Source: Christensenellales bacterium (GTDB lineage Bacteria; Bacillota; Clostridia; Christensenellales; DTU072). Taken from it: 64,000 nt of DNA. Under the pieces are notes generated by a model. It had not been told where the DNA came from, did not search any database, and saw only the letters and a list, made by a program, of their open reading frames with translations. Shown in pieces: positions 46,133 to 54,334 of the stretch. The DNA lies in NCBI GenBank assembly GCA_050945855.1, contig JBMNTS010000005.1:326-64325 (forward strand). The letters are read 5' to 3'. Every line of letters starts with the position of its first letter. Within the stretch, counting starts at the first letter, position 1. The position numbers and the translations under genes are program-made.

Positions 46133-47446
46133 TTAAAACGCGTTGTGACACGCCTCGACAAAGCCTTCGGACACGCTTGGGTGAGGCCAGCAAAAAGAGA
46201 TTAAGTCGGCATGCTTTACTCCCATAGCGATAAGCGACCCTATCCCCCCTATTATCTCACCCGCGTTGTGCGCCACGATTTCCGCGCCCAACAGCTTTTT
46301 GGAGTCTTTGTCGAAAATTGCGGAATAATACCCCGTGCTTTTTGCTTCAATCAGCGATTTGCCGTTGGCGGCGGCGCTTGCCCTGCCTATAACGGTCTGA
46401 TACCCTTGCGCTTCCGCTTCCCTCTCATTTAAGCCCACAGAGGCTATTTCCGTATCGAGGTATACTACCTGCGGAACGGGCGGGGCAATAAACATATCCC
46501 TTTTCCCGCATATCATATCCACTGCCGCGGCCGCCTGATAAGAGGCGTAATGGGCAAGCTGTATATTTCCGTATACCGCGTCTCCCGCGGCGTAAATTCC
46601 CTGCGCTGTGGTTTTTAAGTTTTCCGCGATTATGCCGCCCCTCTCCGTGCGCACTCCCGCTTTCTCCTGCCCTTTCGGGATAACGGGCACTCTTCCGCAA
46701 GCCGCGATAACCGCATCGAATTCCGCAAAAGTTTCGCCCAGATAACAGCGGATTTTGTTATCCGCCCTTTCAATTCTGTCAATTTTGGCGTTTGTGAATA
46801 TTTTTATATTTTCTCTGCGCATAAGCAAGCCGGCGTATTTTGCCACTTCCTCGCTGAAAGTAGTCAAAAGCCGTGGCAGCGCCTCGTAAAGGGTGACCTT
46901 CGCGCCTAAATTCGCGAACAAGCCCGCAAACTCCGTCCCGATTACCCCGCCGCCTACTATCGCCACGCTTTGGGGCAGGGCGAACCCTCCCGCCAGCACC
47001 TCTCTTGAGGTGAGCGCCAGTTCTATCCCGGGTATGGGAGGCAGGGCCGCTTTTGCGCCCGTGGCTATAAGAAAGTTTCTGGCCTCGTAAATTCCCTCTC
47101 CTACTTGTACGCAGGTAGGGGATAAAAACTCCGCCTCTCCCTTAACGCACTCTATGCCGCTGTTTTTAATAAGCGCTTCCAGACCGCCTTTGAGCCTTGC
47201 TACCACCGCGCTTTTGCTTTTGAAAATATCCTCCGGCGCAAGAGTATAGCCGGGCGCACTCCTCAGCCGCTTGACCTTTTTGGCTTCCGCAAGCAACGCT
47301 TTTGTGGGTATGCACCCTTCGTTAAGGCAGGCTCCGCCCATCTCCCCCTTTTCTGTTAAGGCAACGGAAAGCCCAAGCTTCCTTGCCTTCAGGGCGGCGG
47401 TATAGCCCGCCGGTCCTCCGCCTATCACAATCAAATCATATATCAT
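46133..47446 (-). CDS. lpdA: dihydrolipoyl dehydrogenase family flavoprotein
   Basis: GGGPAGY FAD motif, redox-active GGACLNEGCIPTK, second Rossmann GGGVIGTEFA and C-terminal HPSVSE. Confidence 0.8.
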   Translation of the reverse strand: MIYDLIVIGGGPAGYTAALKARKLGLSVALTEKGEMGGACLNEGCIPTKALLAEAKKVKRLRSAPGYTLAPEDIFKSKSAVVARLKGGLEALIKNSGIECVKGEAEFLSPTCVQVGEGIYEARNFLIATGAKAALPPIPGIELALTSREVLAGGFALPQSVAIVGGGVIGTEFAGLFANLGAKVTLYEALPRLLTTFSEEVAKYAGLLMRRENIKIFTNAKIDRIERADNKIRCYLGETFAEFDAVIAACGRVPVIPKGQEKAGVRTERGGIIAENLKTTAQGIYAAGDAVYGNIQLAHYASYQAAAAVDMICGKRDMFIAPPVPQVVYLDTEIASVGLNEREAEAQGYQTVIGRASAAANGKSLIEAKSTGYYSAIFDKDSKKLLGAEIVAHNAGEIIGGIGSLIAMGVKHADLISFCWPHPSVSEGFVEACHNAF

Positions 47447-48390
47447 TTTTGCGCCTCTCTTATCAGCTCCTCGATTTTATCAAGTACTTCATTCTCTCTT
47501 TGCGGCAGACCTTTTCCGGACAGGGACAGCCCCCCGGCAAGCCTCTCTTTGGCAAGGGCTATTATATCCGCCTCAAGAAAATCCGAGTATATTTCAATCG
47601 CGTTGTTTTCGTCTATGGTTACCGCTATTTCACCTTCCGGGAACCTAAACGCGGCTTGTCTGTTAAAATTATATTTTTTCCCCATTATGTAATCGGCATC
47701 CTCTATTTTGCTTTTTATGGCGGTTAATCTGCCGAAATCCACTTCGGGCGCAAGAAATTCGGTTTGGTCGTGGCAGGCTAAAAACGCCTGTTTTATGCTT
47801 TCCTTTACCTGCCACGCGCTCAACCCCGGCATAAGCGCGCTAAGGTTTATCACCCTTGAGGACACGCTGTCCACTCCTTTGGAGGCAAGCTTAAGCGCGC
47901 TTGCGTTAAGGTAGCGGGCAAGCCTTGCCATATTCACTCCTATCATAATGGTGCCGTGGTGCACGCTTGCGCCACCCGCCCTATAAAAGGCGTTGCCGCT
48001 GAACTTTTTGCCTTGCGTAAGGATGTCGTTTCTGCCGCTTTTTTCCGCGGATATGCCAAGCGCGCGCAAAGCGTTTATTATGATGCCGTAATTGCGCTCC
48101 GGGTCATAATCCCGCTTGTCGTAAATAAAGGAAAAGTTTAAATTCTTGTCGTCGTGGAATACCGCCCCGCCCCCCGAAGGGCGGCGGGCAAGCGCGATAT
48201 TGTCCTTGCGCATGGCGGCAAGGTCGCATTCCTTATATGGGTTTTGGTGTCTGCCTATTACTACGGTATCCGAATTTTGCCACAAAAACAAAATAGCGGA
48301 GCGCATGGGTATACTCTCCGCCATTGCCTGCTCCATTGCAAGATTGTAATAAACGTCGCGCGCCTTACTCTCCGCAATTAAGCAATTCAT
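47443..48390 (-). CDS. lplA: lipoate--protein ligase
   Basis: LFLWQNSDTVVIGRHQNPYKEC and RRPSGGGAVFHD motifs. ATGA overlap with lpd. Confidence 0.85.
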   Translation of the reverse strand: MNCLIAESKARDVYYNLAMEQAMAESIPMRSAILFLWQNSDTVVIGRHQNPYKECDLAAMRKDNIALARRPSGGGAVFHDDKNLNFSFIYDKRDYDPERNYGIIINALRALGISAEKSGRNDILTQGKKFSGNAFYRAGGASVHHGTIMIGVNMARLARYLNASALKLASKGVDSVSSRVINLSALMPGLSAWQVKESIKQAFLACHDQTEFLAPEVDFGRLTAIKSKIEDADYIMGKKYNFNRQAAFRFPEGEIAVTIDENNAIEIYSDFLEADIIALAKERLAGGLSLSGKGLPQRENEVLDKIEELIREAQK

Positions 48391-48391
48391 A

Positions 48392-49093
48392 CTATATTAC
48401 AAAGAATACACTGGCAATACAAATCTGAGCGGCGTAATAAAGCAGGTGATTTACGATTATAAGCAGCTTGTCGTCCGGCTTGCCTCCGAAGTATTGGGTG
48501 GACAGCACAAGGTCGGACAGCAGGAACAGCACAAAACCTATGGCAAGTATCTTCAGCTCGGGCATATTGAAGGCAAGATAAGTGCTGAACAACGCCATAA
48601 ACACCAGCAGCAGCGTATACACCAGGGCGTGAACAAAGAATTTTCCGAATTTTACGTTTAAGAATTTGCTGGAAAACAGGATACCCGCGCTGATGGGCAG
48701 GGTAACCGCCGCGCAGATAATAATAGGTTTGGTAAGCGCGAAGGAAGGGTCTAAAAATCCTGCCAGCAAGAATACCCCGATAAAGTAAATGATATGGCTG
48801 ATACCGAAGGAAATCATACCCGCGTTAAGGTAGATATCGCCGGATTCCTTATATATTACCTTGAGGTCAAGCACGATATCCCCAATAAGCCCGAACAGCA
48901 GTCCAAGCATGATAAATATACCGAAGCTGTTATATGCGCCCATTTGGGCAAGTCCCGCGAAGCCTAAGCACATAAAGCCTATGCTTGCCACGGTTTTTGC
49001 GAGCAGTCCGGGAATGCCTCCCTTGATGACGCGTATAAACAAAAACATTATCACTGCCGCGCAAGCGGCTGTCAGCATTAAAGTATAATCCAT
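48392..49093 (-). CDS. YhhN/lysoplasmalogenase-like membrane protein
   Basis: 233 aa, about 8 TM helices, with GLIGDIVLD and LLSDLVLS motifs like YhhN family members. Confidence 0.5.
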   Translation of the reverse strand: MDYTLMLTAACAAVIMFLFIRVIKGGIPGLLAKTVASIGFMCLGFAGLAQMGAYNSFGIFIMLGLLFGLIGDIVLDLKVIYKESGDIYLNAGMISFGISHIIYFIGVFLLAGFLDPSFALTKPIIICAAVTLPISAGILFSSKFLNVKFGKFFVHALVYTLLLVFMALFSTYLAFNMPELKILAIGFVLFLLSDLVLSTQYFGGKPDDKLLIIVNHLLYYAAQICIASVFFVI

Positions 49094-49106
49094 AACTATC
49101 TCCTTT

Positions 49107-50048
49107 TTAAATTTGCATTTTTTGTTCCGCTTTTTTGATAAATTCTTGTATGCCCGCGGTAAACTTTTCCGGATAAAGGGTGTAGCTTATCGCGTGCGGG
49201 CTGTGTTCAAACTCGATGTAGTCCGCGTCCGGATTGACGGCAAGCAGGTCGTAGGCATTGTTGACGCCAATCAAATTGTCCGCTTTGGAGTGCATGATAA
49301 GGGTGGGAATTTTTATCTGCTTCATAGGCTCTCTTGCGTCAATTTCCCCGATTTTCACTCCGTAAAGCAGACGGGATATTATCTTGTACGGCGTCATGGC
49401 GGAAAGGATAAGGGGCAAAAACTTTCGTTGTTTGGGACTGATTTTTTTGTCCAGCACTTCCTTGAAGATGCCCGATATGGAAGTATACGCGCAATAGGAA
49501 ATCAAAAACTTTATCCTTTTGTCCAGACTTGCCGTGTATATCGCTATCGTGCCGCCCATAGACTCCCCGTATATGCCGAAAACCGCGTTTTTATCCTGAC
49601 TTTGCAGGTAATCTATCCACGCTATGGTATCATGCTTTTCGTAGTAGCTGAAGGATATGCACCTGCCTCCGCTTTCGGTGGAGTAGCGGTGGTTTACCAC
49701 CAGCACGTTATAGCCTGCCTGCCTGAAAATATCCACGTACTTGAATTGCCCTATGCCTTTGGAAGTCCAGCCGTGGCAGTCTATGACCCATTTGCTGCTT
49801 TCCTGCTGCGTGCGGAAGATAAATCCGTAAAGGTCGTACCCGAAAGGGCTTTTGATTTTTACCTTTTGGTAAGGCATATCCAGATAAGCCCACTTGTAGC
49901 CTTTGCGCGCTATCTGGTCCAGCATAAAATCCCAGTTGCTTTCCTTCTTTGGGATTAAGGTCAGCCTTAAAAACTTATAGCAGAGCACGCCGTAAAGCGC
50001 GGCAACGCAAACGCCGATTATCCCTAAGGCTATGTAAAGATAAATCAT
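49107..50048 (-). CDS. membrane-anchored alpha/beta hydrolase
   Basis: N-terminal TM helix, nucleophile elbow GESMGG, and C-terminal HSKADN...HA consistent with a Ser-Asp-His triad. Confidence 0.75.
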   Translation of the reverse strand: MIYLYIALGIIGVCVAALYGVLCYKFLRLTLIPKKESNWDFMLDQIARKGYKWAYLDMPYQKVKIKSPFGYDLYGFIFRTQQESSKWVIDCHGWTSKGIGQFKYVDIFRQAGYNVLVVNHRYSTESGGRCISFSYYEKHDTIAWIDYLQSQDKNAVFGIYGESMGGTIAIYTASLDKRIKFLISYCAYTSISGIFKEVLDKKISPKQRKFLPLILSAMTPYKIISRLLYGVKIGEIDAREPMKQIKIPTLIMHSKADNLIGVNNAYDLLAVNPDADYIEFEHSPHAISYTLYPEKFTAGIQEFIKKAEQKMQI

Positions 50049-50063
50049 CGCATCTCCTTATTT

Positions 50064-50600
50064 TTAATATTTATTGTAACTCACCAGTTCTTCGGTTGAC
50101 TTTTTTTTGCGCGCCTTATACTCCGCGCCGCCTTCGCCTACCGCGATAAGCAGGCGTATTTCCTTATTCTTTGGCAAATCCAGCAGCTTTGCCAGCTTAT
50201 TTCTGCCAAACCAGCCTATAATGCAGGTATCCAGCCCCGCGTCCGTCGCCGCAAGGCAGAAAGTCTGGACGGCGATACCTATATCGTAAGCGTCGTAATG
50301 GAAATGCGCCTGTGTGGCAAGCGCCTTTTTAAGTCCCGCTTTTTCCCCCGCTATGGCGATAAAGCAGGGCACGTTGCGGGTATAGCGGTTGATGGGTACG
50401 CCGGGGGTCTGAGTCGCTTCCGCTATTTGCTTGACCAGGTTTTCCTCGTCGCACACAATAAATTTATAAGGTTGCCCGTTGCGCGCGGAAGGGCTGTGGC
50501 GCACAAGTTCAAGGCAGTAGGCAAGTTTTTCCCTGTCCACCTTTTCGTCCTTATACGCTCTCGCGCTGAATCTTTTCCTTACCGCGTCTTCCAAATTCAT
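50064..50600 (-). CDS. nitroreductase family protein
   Basis: RFSARAYKDEKV...RHSPSARNGQPYKFIV is the classical nitroreductase N-terminus. Confidence 0.85.
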   Translation of the reverse strand: MNLEDAVRKRFSARAYKDEKVDREKLAYCLELVRHSPSARNGQPYKFIVCDEENLVKQIAEATQTPGVPINRYTRNVPCFIAIAGEKAGLKKALATQAHFHYDAYDIGIAVQTFCLAATDAGLDTCIIGWFGRNKLAKLLDLPKNKEIRLLIAVGEGGAEYKARKKKSTEELVSYNKY

Positions 50601-50622
50601 TTTTTTGGGCCTCTTACACTAA

Positions 50623-50650
50623 ATTATACAATATTTTCCTGTTTTGTCAA
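50623..50650 (-). promoter_or_regulatory. promoter of the nitroreductase-to-lpd operon
   Basis: Minus strand reads TTGACA - 16 nt - TATAAT, then AAGAGG 9 nt before the ATG. Confidence 0.6.
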
Positions 50651-50758
50651 TGCGCGAGGCATAAAATAAGGGGGCACGGCGTCATAATAATAAGGGCGGG
50701 GATTCCCTGCTTTTGGGCAAAATTAAAGGTGTTCGGTCTTTTCAAACCTTGCAGATTA

Positions 50759-50767
50759 TGGTATAAT
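50759..50767 (+). promoter_or_regulatory. extended -10 element upstream of eda-like gene
   Basis: TGgTATAAT lies 28 nt upstream of the ATG. The -35 is weak (TTTTCA). Confidence 0.4.
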
Positions 50768-50795
50768 GTATATGACAACTTTATAGAGGAAGAAA

Positions 50796-51749
50796 ATGGA
50801 CATTTACAAACAAATCGAGCTTGCGGGCATCATCCCTTTGATTAAACTGGAAAGACTGGAAAAAGCGCTGCCGCTTATGGGCGCTTTGACGGCGGGAAGC
50901 ATCAATTTATGCGAAATCGCTTTCCGAACGCAGATAGCCAAGGAAGCGATAGCGCTGATTGCGCAAAAAAGCGCGAATATGGTAGTAGGCGCAAGCACCG
51001 TGCTGTCCACAATGCAGGTGGATGACGCCATAGAGGCGGGAGCGCGGTTTATAGTCACCGCCGGATTTAACGAAAAGGTGGTGGATTACTGCCTGAAAAG
51101 AAAGGTGCCGGTTATCCCCGGCGTATCCTCCCCTTCGGATATAGAAAAAGCGTACGAAAGAGAAATTTATGTGGTCAAATTTTTCCCCGCTGTGCCTTTG
51201 GGCGGCGTGGAAATGCTAAAGGCGCTGGCGCAGCCTTATCCCTTTATGCGTTTTTTGCCCACAGGCGGCATCAATCAGGACAATCTCAACGAATTTTTGG
51301 CTTTCAACAGGGTTATTGCCTGCGGCGGCAGCTATATGGTAAACGAGGAACTGATTAAAGAGGACAGATACGAGGAAATAACCAAAAACGCGCGCAACGC
51401 GGTCAATTCCATGCTCAACCTCAGACTGGACCATATCGTATTATCCGCAAAATCGCAGGAAAGGCAAGACCTTGCCACCGAAATCGCCACCCTTTTGGGC
51501 GCGCCCTTTGTGTATGAGGAAGGGGAAAAAATAGGGGATATGATAGCGGTATCCTCACGGATTGCCTACGGAAAGCACGGGGCTATTTTCTTTTCCACCC
51601 CTCATCTGGAGCGCGCGATATTTTATCTGGAAAAGCGGGGCTTTGAGTTTTGCCGCGCTACCACGATAAAGGATAACGGCAAACTCAACGCCTTATATCT
51701 GAAAGCTAATTTTGCCGGCTTTGCAATCGGCTTGGTGAAAGCGCCGTAA
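50796..51749 (+). CDS. eda: KDPG/KHG aldolase (Eda) with C-terminal VOC/glyoxalase-like extension
   Basis: aa 1-215 carry the Eda pattern (GIIPLIK..., EIAFRT, VVKFFPA Schiff-base lysine context, PTGGI). aa 216-317 (LDHIVLS...HGAIFFSTPHLERAIFYLEKRGFEF...) look like one VOC beta-alpha-beta-beta-beta module. Confidence 0.7.
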   Translation: MDIYKQIELAGIIPLIKLERLEKALPLMGALTAGSINLCEIAFRTQIAKEAIALIAQKSANMVVGASTVLSTMQVDDAIEAGARFIVTAGFNEKVVDYCLKRKVPVIPGVSSPSDIEKAYEREIYVVKFFPAVPLGGVEMLKALAQPYPFMRFLPTGGINQDNLNEFLAFNRVIACGGSYMVNEELIKEDRYEEITKNARNAVNSMLNLRLDHIVLSAKSQERQDLATEIATLLGAPFVYEEGEKIGDMIAVSSRIAYGKHGAIFFSTPHLERAIFYLEKRGFEFCRATTIKDNGKLNALYLKANFAGFAIGLVKAP

Positions 51750-51761
51750 GACGCTCCAAGG

Positions 51762-51868
51762 GCGCCTTACGGCGCAATGCAATATCGGCTTATGCCCAAA
51801 TGCAATACGCCTGCGGCGTGTTAAGGCGGATTGATAGTAAGTTTCTTGAGTTTTTTCTTTATTAATTG
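51762..51868 (-). repeat. inverted copy of the 18215-18381 element (shorter hairpin tail)
   Basis: + strand reads GCGCC-ttac-GGCGC / AATGCAAT / degenerate tCGGC-ttat-GCCca / AATGCAAT / ACGCC-tgc-GGCGT, then GTTAAGG...TTTTTTCTTTATTAATTG. This is the reverse complement of the head of the 18.2-kb copy. Confidence 0.75.
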
Positions 51869-51892
51869 GGCGCCCGCAATCGGCGAAGCGGA

Positions 51893-51921
51893 TTGACAAT
51901 AGCTGGGCGCGGTTATATAAT
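51893..51921 (+). promoter_or_regulatory. consensus promoter of the PRT-DUF2156-GNAT-kinase operon
   Basis: TTGACA - 17 nt - TATAAT. RBS TAAGGAG before the ATG at 51976. Confidence 0.65.
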
Positions 51922-51975
51922 GTGAAAAGTATTAATTTTAATTGCGGCAAGAGCAGCCGCGCTAAGGAGTAACGG

Positions 51976-52512
51976 ATGGCAGAGTTTTATACCGTCAACA
52001 TTAAAGGCAGGGATGTGGATTTGCCCGTGATAAGAATATCCAACGACATCAAAATTGCGTTTTTCAACTTGCACGGCGCGCAGGATTTGACCGAGTTTTG
52101 CGCAAAAGAGATGGCAAAACTGGTGGAGGGCGCCGAAGTTGTGATAACCGCGGAAAGCAAAGGACTTCAGCTTGCCCATTGCGTGGCGCGCAACCTCGGA
52201 CACGAGTATTACGCAGTAGCGAGAAAATCTCAAAAACTGTATATGCAGGACTTTATCAGTTGTACGGTAAAATCCATAACCACCAAAGCGGTGCAGACCT
52301 TTTATCTTTCCCGCCACGACGCCGATTTAATGAAAGGCAAAAAAGTGGCAATAATTGACGACGTTATCTCCACGGGCGGCTCCCTGGACGGACTGGAGGT
52401 GCTTGTAAAGCAGTCCGGCGGCACCGTTTACAAAAAGGCGTTCGTGCTTGCGGAAGGCGACGCTTCCCTAAGAAGGGACGTGGAGTATCTTGCCCAAATA
52501 CCTTTACTGTAA
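51976..52512 (+). CDS. type I phosphoribosyltransferase (purine PRT / PurR C-domain-like)
   Basis: PRPP-binding loop VAIIDDVISTGGSL. Confidence 0.75.
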   Translation: MAEFYTVNIKGRDVDLPVIRISNDIKIAFFNLHGAQDLTEFCAKEMAKLVEGAEVVITAESKGLQLAHCVARNLGHEYYAVARKSQKLYMQDFISCTVKSITTKAVQTFYLSRHDADLMKGKKVAIIDDVISTGGSLDGLEVLVKQSGGTVYKKAFVLAEGDASLRRDVEYLAQIPLL

Positions 52513-52541
52513 AGTTTTACCGATTTACATAGGAAGAATTA

Positions 52542-53438
52542 ATGTTGCGGTTTAGAGAAATTTGTTTAGCCGACAAAGAAAAAATCTATGAATTTTACGC
52601 CCTAAGCGGCTCCTTGGGCACCAATTACAGCATAACCACGCTATGCGGCTGGCAAGGGTGTAACCAAATGCAGATTTGCGTAAGCGCCGATTTCCTTGTC
52701 CTTAAAATCAACAAGCCCGGAGACGTCCGCTTTTTGTCTCCGCTGGCTAAGGATATGACCGCTTATTGTGCCGCCGTTGACGGGATTGTCGAATATATGG
52801 GCAAGGACAGTGTGAAAATCATGGTGGTGTCCACAGAGCAGGCGGAGTTGCTTATCCAAAAGGGCTTCGAGTGCGAGAACGTCAGAGCGTACGCGGAATA
52901 CCTTTACAAAAGCGAGGAACTAATCAGCCTTAAAGGCAAAAAATATAACAGCAAACGGAATTTTATCAACAATTTTCCCGCGCCTTTCTCCTTCAGGGAA
53001 TACCGCAAGGAGGATTACGAGGGAGTAATGGAATTGTTTTTGGAGTGGCAGGAGCAAAAGAGCGCGCATAACGGCGTGGACGAGTTGGACAAGCAGATTA
53101 TGAGCAGCGAATGGGAAAGGCAGGTGGCGCAGGCGGTGCTTGCGGATACCCAAAAATACAACGTTTTCGCGGATATTCTGGAAGTGGAAGGAAAAATCGC
53201 GGGCTTCTGCCTGGGCGAAAGACTGCCCACCAACGTGGGCGCCATTTATTTTCAAAAGGCGGATATTTCATACCGGGGCATTTATCCGCTGCTTGACAAT
53301 TTGTTTATCAAAAAGCATTTTTCCGACCTGCCTTTTGTTAACAAGCAAGAGGACATGGGTCTGGAAGGTTTGAGAAAATCCAAAATGAGTTATCATCCTT
53401 ATATGTTGGTGGAGAGATGGAAAGCGGTGAAAAATTAG
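52542..53438 (+). CDS. DUF2156-like protein (MprF C-terminal / aminoacyl-transferase GNAT fold)
   Basis: Size about 300 aa. The KGKKYNSKRNFINNF motif and tandem-GNAT-like layout are typical of DUF2156. Assigned from memory of family features. Confidence 0.5.
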   Translation: MLRFREICLADKEKIYEFYALSGSLGTNYSITTLCGWQGCNQMQICVSADFLVLKINKPGDVRFLSPLAKDMTAYCAAVDGIVEYMGKDSVKIMVVSTEQAELLIQKGFECENVRAYAEYLYKSEELISLKGKKYNSKRNFINNFPAPFSFREYRKEDYEGVMELFLEWQEQKSAHNGVDELDKQIMSSEWERQVAQAVLADTQKYNVFADILEVEGKIAGFCLGERLPTNVGAIYFQKADISYRGIYPLLDNLFIKKHFSDLPFVNKQEDMGLEGLRKSKMSYHPYMLVERWKAVKN

Positions 53439-54334
53439 AAGTGCTTAAAGCCTTATACAAAGAATGTTTTGACGACAGCGAGCAGATACGCGATTATTTG
53501 TTTTCCACAAAATTGGGTATCCAAAACGCCATAACTTGTACGCTAAAAGGGCGGCTTACGGGCGCGCTGTATCTGGTTGACAAACCCCTCGTATATCTGG
53601 GGCGCAAGATAAAATATCCCTATATCGTGGCATTGGGCGTAAGCAAGACGCAAAGGGGACACGGTATCGCTTCCGCCTTGGTCAAAAGGGCGGCGGCAAA
53701 GGTTTACAAATCGGGGCTGCCTTTTATCGGGCTGTATCCCGCCGTAAGGGGTTTTTACGAAAAGCTGCAGTTTGCCACGGTCACCGAGGAGAGCGCGCTT
53801 TGCACGGAGGGACTGGATTTCAGAAGGACTGCGGACATACCCCTTTTGCTTTCGCTGTATAACGAGGCGGTAAGCAATTTGGATTTCTGTTTGGAGCGTA
53901 CGGAGCAAAGTTTTGCCGCCCGCCTTGAGGAGATTGCCGCGGACAGCGGAAAGGCGCGCCTTATTTACAATCAGGATAAGCCGGTAGGTTACGCGCTGGG
54001 CGGCGGAGAGGAATACGTGATTGAGGGCAATCTCAATTACGACCGCAGAGGTACGGCTGTGGCGGGGCAGATGGCAAGGATAGCCAATCTGGAGGCGGCT
54101 TTTGCCCTGACCGATATTTCCATACCCTTTGCCTTTAAGGTAAACGACGGGATAATCGAGCAAAACAATAAAATAATCGAGGTGGAAAACGGGAAGGTGT
54201 CCTATTGCGCTTACGCGGCAAAAGAAATAGGGATAGATAAACTGACTTCGCTGTTTTTCGGCACCGAAAAGGAAATGTCCGTATTCTCACCCTATTTTAA
54301 GAAAGTCAAAGGGCAGCTGGCGGAAAAATATTAA
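53417..54334 (+). CDS. GNAT family N-acetyltransferase with C-terminal extension (Eis-like layout)
   Basis: Motif A VALGVSKTQRGHGIASALVKRA (Q/RxxGxG/A). About 150 aa of extra C-terminal domain. Overlaps the upstream gene by 22 nt. Confidence 0.6.
   Translation: MESGEKLEVLKALYKECFDDSEQIRDYLFSTKLGIQNAITCTLKGRLTGALYLVDKPLVYLGRKIKYPYIVALGVSKTQRGHGIASALVKRAAAKVYKSGLPFIGLYPAVRGFYEKLQFATVTEESALCTEGLDFRRTADIPLLLSLYNEAVSNLDFCLERTEQSFAARLEEIAADSGKARLIYNQDKPVGYALGGGEEYVIEGNLNYDRRGTAVAGQMARIANLEAAFALTDISIPFAFKVNDGIIEQNNKIIEVENGKVSYCAYAAKEIGIDKLTSLFFGTEKEMSVFSPYFKKVKGQLAEKY

Noticed and set aside
46027-46227. 66-aa plus-strand ORF starting at the ATG of the first ATGATAC spacer
   Set aside because: The ATG is part of the repeat spacer, there is no RBS, and the ORF runs antisense into lpd. 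The 22-23 bp repeat period is not a multiple of 3.
49113-49958. 281-aa plus-strand ORF opposite the alpha/beta hydrolase
   Set aside because: The minus-strand ORF has a TM anchor and GESMGG and fits the operon. The plus-strand product is nonsense-like.
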